A stretch of 64,000 bases of DNA. Source: a virus. Taxonomy: Duplodnaviria > Caudoviricetes. Numbering within the stretch: the first letter of the stretch is position 1; every line of letters starts with the position of its first letter. A program made the translations under genes and the position numbers. The stretch lies in the IMG/VR virus record IMGVR_UViG_3300036803_000040, positions 11,615 to 75,614 of that record; one strand, given 5' to 3'. Under the pieces are notes generated by a model, which saw only the letters and a program-made list of their open reading frames with translations, was not told the origin of the DNA and searched no databases. Shown here one piece after another: positions 55,115 to 62,259 of the stretch.

Positions 55115-55506
55115 GCCGGCACCTTGTCGCTGTACCGGACGCCGGCCTTCGGGCGCCTGTAGAGCTCACAGTCGCGGTTATGACACGTGCCGGCCCACGA
55201 CCCGAACGTGTCGATCGGCCAGCCGCACGTCTCGCAGTGCGAGTGCGCCGCCGACACGCCCGTGTTGCATTTCGTGCAGCGCCCGTACTCCTCGAGCTCC
55301 GCAGCCTCACGAGCTCGAGCCTCCGCCGCCGCGCGCAGCTGACTCTCATAGCGCTTGAAATCGTCGCCGGCCTGCCCCGCCGCGTCGACCGCCCGCGCCA
55401 GATGCGCCTTCAACGTCCGGTCGACGTCGCCGGCGAGCTCATACGCCTCACGCGTCAGCTGCTCGGCGTTCGCCAGCTTGCGCCGGATTCGCTCGGCCTT
55501 ACTCAT
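55111..55506 (-). CDS. Coiled-coil plus Zn-ribbon protein
   Basis: CTKC...CETC...C...C. Confidence 0.7.
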   Translation of the reverse strand: MSKAERIRRKLANAEQLTREAYELAGDVDRTLKAHLARAVDAAGQAGDDFKRYESQLRAAAEARAREAAELEEYGRCTKCNTGVSAAHSHCETCGWPIDTFGSWAGTCHNRDCELYRRPKAGVRYSDKVPA

Positions 55507-55512
55507 CCTCGC

Positions 55513-55734
55513 TCACCTCTTCCACGGTTCGATGATCTTCACGTCCGGCCCGTAGGCCCTGCGCAGCACCCGACGGAGCTCGGCGATCGAGCGGTTGTCG
55601 AACTGCCGCGGCAGCGTCCGGTCGCCGATCTGGATCGTGTCCGGACCGGTCGCCTGATACAGCCACGACCACGCCGGGCCAGGCCGCGGCCGCGACGGGT
55701 AGACCTTGACTCGAGTGATCGTGATCTCGGTCAT
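55513..55734 (-). CDS. Hypothetical protein
   Basis: 73-aa ORF. Confidence 0.65.
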   Translation of the reverse strand: MTEITITRVKVYPSRPRPGPAWSWLYQATGPDTIQIGDRTLPRQFDNRSIAELRRVLRRAYGPDVKIIEPWKR

Positions 55735-56051
55735 GCCGCCATCGCGATCCGCAGCTGCCGGGCGGTCCCGATCTCGCGCTTGATCTCCTGCGCCATCTTG
55801 ACCACCTCACGCTGCTCCGCTCGAGCCGCCTTCAGCGTCCGCAGCGTCATGTTGTCCTGCGTGACGAACCGGCCCGTGACTCGCGTCGCGGCCTGCATCC
55901 CCCGGACCAGCTGCGCGCCGTGAATGCCGCAGCAGTAGAAGGGCCCGCCGCAACACTCGATCGAGCGGATCCCGTACTCGATCGCGCTCAGCGTCTCCGT
56001 CGCCTCGATGTACTCCTGAATGGCGCCCTGCGCCTTCGATGCGGTATCCAT
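55731..56051 (-). CDS. Hypothetical protein
   Basis: GAAGGA RBS before MDTASK, downstream of repeat copy 3. Confidence 0.7.
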   Translation of the reverse strand: MDTASKAQGAIQEYIEATETLSAIEYGIRSIECCGGPFYCCGIHGAQLVRGMQAATRVTGRFVTQDNMTLRTLKAARAEQREVVKMAQEIKREIGTARQLRIAMAA

Positions 56052-56097
56052 CGTGTCACCGTCCTTCGGTCGGGGTTTCTCTCTCACCTGCACCAGC

Positions 56098-56115
56098 GAT
56101 GATAACAGGTTTATC
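56098..56115 (-). promoter_or_regulatory. 18-bp repeat copy 3
   Basis: GATGATAACAGGTTTATC. Confidence 0.8.
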
Positions 56116-56318
56116 GGCGGCGTGCGATCACGCGGCGGATCACGAGCAGCCCCCACGAGCTCGTCAACCGGGCCCGGAATCGGCAGCAGCGCGACCACCA
56201 GCGCCGCCTTCTCATACCAGCGCGCCTCGCGCCACACGCCGCGGATCAGGCCGGCGTGCGCCCGGACCAGCAGCAGCACGCCGGCGATCGCCGCGGCCAG
56301 CAGCACCGTCTCGATCAT
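56111..56318 (-). pseudogene. Small membrane protein with an apparent extra G in a G5 run
   Basis: Removing one G at 56150-56154 gives ...PIPGPVDELVGLLVIRRVIARRR-TAA. Confidence 0.5.
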
Positions 56319-56413
56319 CGCGGCCGCTCCTCGCTCGAGACGAACCGCTCCGGGTCAAGCCGGAACGCCCACGCGACCAACCTGTCCGCGATCAGGGCTC
56401 GCAGCCCTGCCAT
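56315..56413 (-). CDS. 32-aa peptide
   Basis: MAGLRALIADRLVAWAFRLDPERFVSSEERPR; coupled to both neighbours. Confidence 0.45.
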   Translation of the reverse strand: MAGLRALIADRLVAWAFRLDPERFVSSEERPR

Positions 56414-56995
56414 CTAGCTCACCGCCTTCCCTGCCGCGATCGCCCGCTCGGTCTGAGCGAACAGCACGACCCTGTAGTTGCCGCCGTCGCCGCCGGCAGC
56501 CTCGAACTCCTCGATCGCGGCCATCGCCCGCTTCGCGCGATAGGCCACCGAGATCACCGCCTCTTTCTCGACGCCCATCGCCAGCCAACCCAGCTCGCCG
56601 ACCGCCTTGCAGCGGGCCTCGTTCTGGACCGCCTCGTCGTCGGCGGGGACCAGCTTCACGCCCTCGCCCTCGAACTTGCGCTGATCGCGCTGCTCGAACG
56701 TCCACTGACCGGGCAGTCCGTCGATCTCGACGATCTCGCCGAGCTCGATCCTGCGCGCCGCCATGTACTCAGCGTGCGCCTGCCCGGTGTTGTCGATCAC
56801 CGCTGCGTGCACCGTGGTGAACGCCCAAGGTCCGGGGATCTCCGGGCCGCTCTGCTCCTGTCGCGCCTTGCTGCCGGCGGGGACGACGCACACGTTGCAC
56901 TTGCCCCATCGCGCCCCGGTGACCACGATGTCGCCGGTCTTCAGCAGCTCGCCGTAGCGATCCATCTCCGTCGCGAGCTTTGTTGCCGTACCCAT
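56414..56995 (-). CDS. Hypothetical protein
   Basis: 193 aa, strong RBS, downstream of repeat copy 4. Confidence 0.75.
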   Translation of the reverse strand: MGTATKLATEMDRYGELLKTGDIVVTGARWGKCNVCVVPAGSKARQEQSGPEIPGPWAFTTVHAAVIDNTGQAHAEYMAARRIELGEIVEIDGLPGQWTFEQRDQRKFEGEGVKLVPADDEAVQNEARCKAVGELGWLAMGVEKEAVISVAYRAKRAMAAIEEFEAAGGDGGNYRVVLFAQTERAIAAGKAVS

Positions 56996-57032
56996 CTCAC
57001 CGTCTCCCTTCGTTGCTTACCGGTCCACCCGT

Positions 57033-57050
57033 GATGATAACAGGTTTATC
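57033..57050 (-). promoter_or_regulatory. 18-bp repeat copy 4
   Basis: GATGATAACAGGTTTATC. Confidence 0.8.
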
Positions 57051-57063
57051 AGCGGCGCGAGCT

Positions 57064-57264
57064 CTACTCGATGAACACCGCGTAGACGCCCTCCGCCGCC
57101 GGCAGCGCCGGCCGCTCAACCTGCTCAGCCGCGATCCACTCCACGCCGCCCCACTCCTCGAGCAGCTGCAGAGCTCGCGTCGGCGAGTCCGCGGCCACGA
57201 GCGCCTCCGCGTGATCCCCGACGATCGCGAACCACACGAGCAGGCTCAGCAGCTCGTCAGGCAT
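57064..57264 (-). CDS. Hypothetical protein
   Basis: Trimmed to MPDELL. Confidence 0.55.
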   Translation of the reverse strand: MPDELLSLLVWFAIVGDHAEALVAADSPTRALQLLEEWGGVEWIAAEQVERPALPAAEGVYAVFIE

Positions 57265-57469
57265 CGTCTGCCGCCGCCTGCAGCATCCGCTGATGCTTGG
57301 CGCTGGCCACGTGCCGGCGCACCGCCGCGACCGCGCGCGAGTGCTCGATCGGCTCCCCGCGGTAGCCGCACGGCTCGCACACCGCAACCATGCCGCCGTA
57401 GATCGCCCGCGGGTCGCCCCAATCCACGCCGGCCGGGTCGCCGGCGATCGGATGCTCGAGCTCAACCAT
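57257..57469 (-). CDS. C2H2-like Zn-finger peptide
   Basis: CEPC...H....H. Confidence 0.55.
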   Translation of the reverse strand: MVELEHPIAGDPAGVDWGDPRAIYGGMVAVCEPCGYRGEPIEHSRAVAAVRRHVASAKHQRMLQAAADDA

Positions 57470-57779
57470 TCGGCCGTCTCCCACTCCCGCCGCACCGATA
57501 GCACGTGTACCCCGGCCACTCCGCACGACCGCCGGCGCCACCGCATCGCGGGCACGCGCCGGGATCCTCGAGCGACGTCTCCGCTTCGCCCCGGACGATC
57601 AGCACGCGATCGTGCCGCTCGAGCTCGAACCCCTCGAGCGCCGCGGCCGCATCCTCGAGCGTGCCGCCGTAGCCGCGCCGGACGATCACGCCGCCGCCCT
57701 GCGCAGGCCACACGCAGCCATTCCAGCGCAGACCAGCCCGCCGCAGAGCTCCTCGCACGTTGTCGCTGTTGGCGATCAT
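57462..57779 (-). CDS. Protein with CxxCxGxG Zn finger
   Basis: CPRCGGAG...CYRCGGSG. Confidence 0.65.
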   Translation of the reverse strand: MIANSDNVRGALRRAGLRWNGCVWPAQGGGVIVRRGYGGTLEDAAAALEGFELERHDRVLIVRGEAETSLEDPGACPRCGGAGGRAEWPGYTCYRCGGSGRRPNG

Positions 57780-58498
57780 CCGATGTCCATCGTCAGGTTG
57801 CGAGCTCGACCGCAGTAGTCCAGCCCATCGGCCAGGTAGGTGTCCTTGAACTTGGCCCACTTGCTGCCGTCCACCGAATCGGCCTGCAGCACGTCTCGGC
57901 AGTAGTCCAGCCGGCGCAGCGTGTTCACCCTGCCGACGTGCACCCACTTGCCGCGCTGCTGCGCTTCGCGGGTCAGAGCTCGCGCTGCGGGCCCCAGCTT
58001 CCAATCGGTGTCGCCGCCGATAAACAGCGCGTCGATCCGGTGCCAGCTGCGCTCAAGCCACGCGGGCATCTCCTCGAGCCCGTTCTGTGCGACCAGCGCG
58101 ACGGGGATCCCGCGGCGCTCTAGCGCCGGCGCGTGGATCTCGAACATGCGAGCCGTCTCGCGAGCGTCGGCCACCTTGTCGGGAACCGTCGCCCACAGGC
58201 AACCGTCGAGCCCGGTGATGCGGTCCAGCATCCGCTGCCAGGCGATCGCGTCCAAGCCCTGAAAGCAGTCGTTGTCAGCGGCCCAGCTGATGCCCGCCTC
58301 GTCGGTCGCCTCGATCGAGCTCGTGTGCCGCGGCTGTATCAGCCGGCCCATCGCCGGGTGCGCGTAGCGCTCGAAGTCGGGATGGCCTGTCGTGACCAGC
58401 AGCAGCATCCGCTGCGTGCGCAGTCTCGAGAGATCCTGAGCTGTCAGGCGATCGGTTGCGGCCGCTTGCGCGGCCGCGGTCATCGTTGCGGTTGCCAT
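57776..58498 (-). CDS. TGT/DpdA-like TIM-barrel protein (putative base-exchange enzyme)
   Basis: WAADNDCF...VPDKVADA..T...VAQNG...LFIGG..DWK...KWVHVGRVN...DSVDGS. Confidence 0.65.
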   Translation of the reverse strand: MATATMTAAAQAAATDRLTAQDLSRLRTQRMLLLVTTGHPDFERYAHPAMGRLIQPRHTSSIEATDEAGISWAADNDCFQGLDAIAWQRMLDRITGLDGCLWATVPDKVADARETARMFEIHAPALERRGIPVALVAQNGLEEMPAWLERSWHRIDALFIGGDTDWKLGPAARALTREAQQRGKWVHVGRVNTLRRLDYCRDVLQADSVDGSKWAKFKDTYLADGLDYCGRARNLTMDIG

Positions 58499-58503
58499 CT
58501 CAG

Positions 58504-58812
58504 TCACCCCGCCTGGACGATCTTGCGGGACTTCTCGCCAACCCACCCGTGCGCCCCGGTGGAGCGTTCGTAGTAGATCCAGCCCTCGCCGGCGTACTCC
58601 TGGCCGGTCGCCCACTCGGCGATGACCCCGCGGCCGTCCTCGGTGGCCGTCCAAGTCTCAGCGATGACCTCGCCGGCGATGATCGCCTCGATGCCGAACT
58701 CGGCCTCCGCTGCCTTGCTCCACCCGCACTGCGTAACGATCAGCTCGCCGCAGATGTTGGCGGAGTAGACCTTCTGAGTCGTCCCCGTCACCTGCTCGGT
58801 CGCCGTACTCAC
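58504..58812 (-). CDS. Hypothetical protein
   Basis: GAAAGGAGG RBS, downstream of repeat copy 5. Confidence 0.75.
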   Translation of the reverse strand: MSTATEQVTGTTQKVYSANICGELIVTQCGWSKAAEAEFGIEAIIAGEVIAETWTATEDGRGVIAEWATGQEYAGEGWIYYERSTGAHGWVGEKSRKIVQAG

Positions 58813-58873
58813 TAGGCCCTCCTTTCCGGGCCCTCCGGTCGGGCCCTTCGGTGTCTCCCTGAACCTGCACCAC

Positions 58874-58891
58874 GATGATAACAGGTTTATC
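58874..58891 (-). promoter_or_regulatory. 18-bp repeat copy 5
   Basis: GATGATAACAGGTTTATC. Confidence 0.8.
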
Positions 58892-58911
58892 GGCAGCGTG
58901 CCGAGACAGAG

Positions 58912-58940
58912 CTCGAGCTCCGCGACGAACGGAGCTCGAG
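58912..58940 (-). terminator. Hairpin separating the head transcript from the accessory island
   Basis: CTCGAGCTCCG-cgacgaa-CGGAGCTCGAG, followed by CTCTGTCT on the minus strand. Confidence 0.55.
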
Positions 58941-59070
58941 TTTCCTGCCTCTGAGTTTGGGCCTCGTCACCGTGCTCGCGGACCGTCGCCCGGCCGTCGG
59001 CACACTCCCTACGGCTTACCGCTCCACCCCCGCGGGAGGCTTCAACGCGTGCGCCGGGCCCGTGGGAAGA

Positions 59071-59241
59071 TCAGACCGTCGGCGTCGCGCCCTCGAGCTT
59101 CTCGAGCGCCCGCACGATCGCCGGCTTCTCCGCCGGCTGCGCGCCGTAGCTCTCATCCGGCACCGACTGCGCCGCACCGATCAGCGCCTCGCGCTCGTCA
59201 TCCTCGAGCGCCTCGACCTGCCACTTCTGTCCCTCTCCCAT
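59071..59241 (-). CDS. 56-aa hypothetical protein
   Basis: Manual translation MGEGQKWQVEALEDDERE...; GGAGG RBS. Confidence 0.6.
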   Translation of the reverse strand: MGEGQKWQVEALEDDEREALIGAAQSVPDESYGAQPAEKPAIVRALEKLEGATPTV

Positions 59242-59250
59242 CACAGCCTC

Positions 59251-59448
59251 CTATGGCGTCCCTGGCGGTGCCAGCGGCGCCTTCGCGGTCGCATTCGCCT
59301 CATCGGACCCGAACGCCGGCAGCTTGTCGATGTCGACGCGCTCACCCCCGACGATCAGCGGCTTCGCGTATGCGCCCTTGAGTTTCTTCTCGCCCCAATC
59401 GCCGACATCGTTCCCGCCGGCAGCCTTGATCTCCTCGTGAGTCGGCAC
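59251..59448 (-). CDS. Hypothetical protein
   Basis: 65-aa ORF. Confidence 0.6.
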   Translation of the reverse strand: MPTHEEIKAAGGNDVGDWGEKKLKGAYAKPLIVGGERVDIDKLPAFGSDEANATAKAPLAPPGTP

Positions 59449-59454
59449 GTCTGT

Positions 59455-61485
59455 TTACCCCTTCGCCTTGTCCAAGAATCGCTGATACATCGCAGCGTGT
59501 TTGATCACGAGCTTATCAGCGCCGCGTGCGCGCTCGGCGATCACGCTGTTCGGCCGCGCCGTCGTGTCCACGATCTGCAGATGGATGCCGGGGATCTTCG
59601 ACACGTCCTCGACGAACCGCCGCGACACCTCCGCGTGCGCATCCTTGAGAAACTGATCGGGCACGTACCGCCCGCCCTTATCGCCGCGGGCCTTGGCCCT
59701 GGCCATCGCCGTCTTCACGTCCGTCGTGGCGTAGTGCACGCTGACCTCGTGGCCGGCGCGCTGCGCCTGGCGGATCTTGCCGGCGAACTTGTCCGGGCCC
59801 GAGTCGCCCACCGTGTCGACGAGAATGTGATGCTGCCGGCCGAGCGCCAGCTTTGTCAGCACCTTCGCGAGATGCGACGCCTCCTCGTGCGTCGCGTTCG
59901 ACGCATCCTTGCGGCCGGCGTCGACCATCTGCTGATACTCCGGGAGCATCGCCCGGATCGTGTCCGGGTCGGCGTTCACGACATCCTTGGGCAGCGTCAG
60001 CATCCCGAACTTCTCGAGCCCCGACTTGCCGGATGCCGGCCCGCCGGCGGTGAAGATCGCCCTGGCCTTCCCCTCGTGACGCGCCTTGCCCTGCAGCATG
60101 TTCGTGAGGATCTGCTCGTGCAACGCCTGGCGCTCGGGACTGTAGGCACCCAGCGAGCCGTCAGCGTTGACCAGCCGGTGCGCGTGCTCGGTGTCGGCGA
60201 CCTTGCCGGCCATGATGTCCTTCCCGGCCTTCAGCGCGCTCGAGCTCCACTTCCCCGTCCCGACCGAGCTCGCGAGCTTGCCCAGCGGGATCTGCGGCTT
60301 GCTGGCCAGCGCCCGCGTCGCCGCGTTGGCCGGGTTGCGCCTGCCGCCCTCATAGCTCTGATGCGCCGCAGAGCGGATCCGTGACGCGCTCGAGCTCGGC
60401 CGGCTCTCGATCGCGGCGCGAGCTCGGGCGCCGCCCGTCGTCCACTTGCCGCCGAACCCGCGGAGCTCGTCCGGGTGGAACGCCTCCGCGATCAGATCAA
60501 AAGGGTCAGCGCGGCGTGCCTCCTGCACACGCCGCAGCGGTGGGATCTCGGTGCTCGAGACGGTCATCAGATCAAAGCGCAGCGCCTCCGCGACCTGCTC
60601 AACCTTGCTGTCGCGCTCCGGTGTCGTCGGCGCCGGCGGCAGCCCCGCAGAATGCCGCGCCGCCTGCTCAGAGCTGAACTGCTTGTAGCTCGTCTCACCG
60701 CTGTAGCTGTGCGGGTCAGCCACCAGGAACTTGCCGACCGTCGGCAGCGTGATCACCCTGGCCGGCGCCTCCTCGAGATGCGACTGCAACGCCTTGAGTG
60801 CATCGTCCCGGCTCGCGCAGTTGTAGTCGGTCACCCGCTTGCCGTTGACCGCGAACGCCGCGTGCTGATTGGGCTCGCGCTTGCCGTTGATCCCGCCGTA
60901 GCCGCGGCGCTGCGCGACCGTCCCGACATGCTGGCCACCGTCATAGACCTCGTGGCGATCGACCTCGTTCGACGCGCTGGCCGTCCGCTTCAGCGTCGGC
61001 TTCCACGCCGCCGCCTCACGCAGCACACCCTCGCCGAGCAGGCCGATCAGCCCGTCGACGCCGACCACCTCCTCGAGCAGCAGGATCCGGCCCATCGCGT
61101 CACGCTCGGCGAGACGCTCATCCGCCCACGTGGCCACGTAGCGGTCCGCCTCCTCGATCCACGATTCCTTGACCGCGCCCTTCGCGGCGTTTCCGGCTTT
61201 CTTGGCCTCCCACTCAGCGACGGCCTTCGCTGCCGCGGCCTGCGTGTTGGCGTCGACCTTCCCGCCGCCGGCAGCCCACCGCTTCACCACGCCGATCGCC
61301 TTCTGGATCGCGCTTGACTCGTCGCTGGCGCCCGAGCGCAGGATCCCGTGCGCGACGTGCTGAATGTAGTCCGGCAGCCCGCCGGCGCGCGCCACCCAAT
61401 TGCTCGTCTTCGACGTCGAGAACGGCTGCGGCGTGCTGGCCTTGACCAGCGAGTCTGCAGCCTCCCGTAGCGGCGCCAGGGTCAT
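59455..61485 (-). CDS. Head-region multidomain protein with C-terminal zeta-toxin-like P-loop kinase
   Basis: N-terminal NWVARAGGLPDYIQHVAH helical domain; AIFTAGGPASGKS, NADPDTIR, HEEAS, ILVDT, ARAKAR..KGGRYVP. Confidence 0.85.
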   Translation of the reverse strand: MTLAPLREAADSLVKASTPQPFSTSKTSNWVARAGGLPDYIQHVAHGILRSGASDESSAIQKAIGVVKRWAAGGGKVDANTQAAAAKAVAEWEAKKAGNAAKGAVKESWIEEADRYVATWADERLAERDAMGRILLLEEVVGVDGLIGLLGEGVLREAAAWKPTLKRTASASNEVDRHEVYDGGQHVGTVAQRRGYGGINGKREPNQHAAFAVNGKRVTDYNCASRDDALKALQSHLEEAPARVITLPTVGKFLVADPHSYSGETSYKQFSSEQAARHSAGLPPAPTTPERDSKVEQVAEALRFDLMTVSSTEIPPLRRVQEARRADPFDLIAEAFHPDELRGFGGKWTTGGARARAAIESRPSSSASRIRSAAHQSYEGGRRNPANAATRALASKPQIPLGKLASSVGTGKWSSSALKAGKDIMAGKVADTEHAHRLVNADGSLGAYSPERQALHEQILTNMLQGKARHEGKARAIFTAGGPASGKSGLEKFGMLTLPKDVVNADPDTIRAMLPEYQQMVDAGRKDASNATHEEASHLAKVLTKLALGRQHHILVDTVGDSGPDKFAGKIRQAQRAGHEVSVHYATTDVKTAMARAKARGDKGGRYVPDQFLKDAHAEVSRRFVEDVSKIPGIHLQIVDTTARPNSVIAERARGADKLVIKHAAMYQRFLDKAKG

Positions 61486-61592
61486 GTCAGCACCAGCGCC
61501 ACGAGCAGCCCGACGATCCCGCCGGCGACAAAGCCCTCCCACCAGGCATGGCGCAGACGACGCTCAAGCGGCCGGTGAATCCCTGCCGTCAC
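61482..61592 (-). CDS. 36-aa single-TM peptide
   Basis: MTAGIHRPLERRLRHAWWEGFVAGGIVGLLVALVLT; ATGA overlap. Confidence 0.5.
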   Translation of the reverse strand: MTAGIHRPLERRLRHAWWEGFVAGGIVGLLVALVLT

Positions 61593-61594
61593 GG

Positions 61595-61738
61595 TCAGTA
61601 GTAGCGCCGGCCGACGCGCGCCGTCCCCAGCGCGTAGAGCACAACGCCGACGATCAGCAGGATGATGCCGATCGTGTAGAGGATCGGGATCGCGGCCACC
61701 AGGCCGATGATTAGGAGAACCAAGCCGAGAATGATCAT
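61595..61738 (-). CDS. 47-aa membrane protein (DUF6131-like)
   Basis: MIILGLVLLIIG...ILYTIGIILLIVG...VGRRYY. Confidence 0.7.
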   Translation of the reverse strand: MIILGLVLLIIGLVAAIPILYTIGIILLIVGVVLYALGTARVGRRYY

Positions 61739-62106
61739 GCGGCAGACCGTACCGCGGGCGCCATCTCGATACCCCGCGCCGCCGGCCGGTGATCCGCGGC
61801 GCTGAGCAGCAGCGTCACCTTCAGCACGGCGAGCTCGCGGCGTGTCGGCGGACGGTCCTGATACGCCCGACGGAAGCCGTCACGCACCCCGTAGATCGCC
61901 ACCTGCCAGCCCGCGCGATCGCTCGAGTCGCTCGGCCAGCGCACCGCGCCCGCCGGCGGATCCGGCGTGTTGGACAGGATCGTCCGCTTCCCCGGCCGGA
62001 TCGCTCGCTCCCACGCCTCATCGAACGACAGCCCCTCGATCTTCGCCTCGAGCAACAGCCGTGTCAGCTGCTCGTGCGGGAGCTCATACAGACGCTTGGG
62101 CGCCAC
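61735..62106 (-). CDS. Hypothetical protein
   Basis: GGAGGT RBS before GTG 62106. Confidence 0.6.
   Translation of the reverse strand: MAPKRLYELPHEQLTRLLLEAKIEGLSFDEAWERAIRPGKRTILSNTPDPPAGAVRWPSDSSDRAGWQVAIYGVRDGFRRAYQDRPPTRRELAVLKVTLLLSAADHRPAARGIEMAPAVRSAA
61746..61775 (-). promoter_or_regulatory. Late-type promoter GGGGTAT-N17-TACGGT
   Basis: 7 nt before ATG 61738. Confidence 0.6.
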
Positions 62107-62233
62107 TCCTACCTCCATCTCGAGATTGATCATCGGGCAGCTCGAGCTCGGCCGGCACCCCGTCGGCCTCGTCATGCGCCACAGCCACCCACTTGCCGGC
62201 CACCACGACATACGCCCGGCCGTCCTTCGGCAT
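62084..62233 (-). CDS. Small hypothetical protein
   Basis: MPKDGRAYVVVAGKW... Confidence 0.4.
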   Translation of the reverse strand: MPKDGRAYVVVAGKWVAVAHDEADGVPAELELPDDQSRDGGRSGAQASV

Positions 62234-62259
62234 CGGCCCCGCCGCCGTGCCTCCCAGCC

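Noticed and set aside
55731-56318. Single 195-aa fusion protein as given in the ORF track
   Set aside because: It reads through an intergenic promoter repeat and an internal RBS; better explained as two genes joined by a 1-nt insertion.
53253-58891. CRISPR-like array from the five identical 18-bp repeats
   Set aside because: Spacings are 0.5-2.3 kb and contain whole genes; no cas genes or leader.
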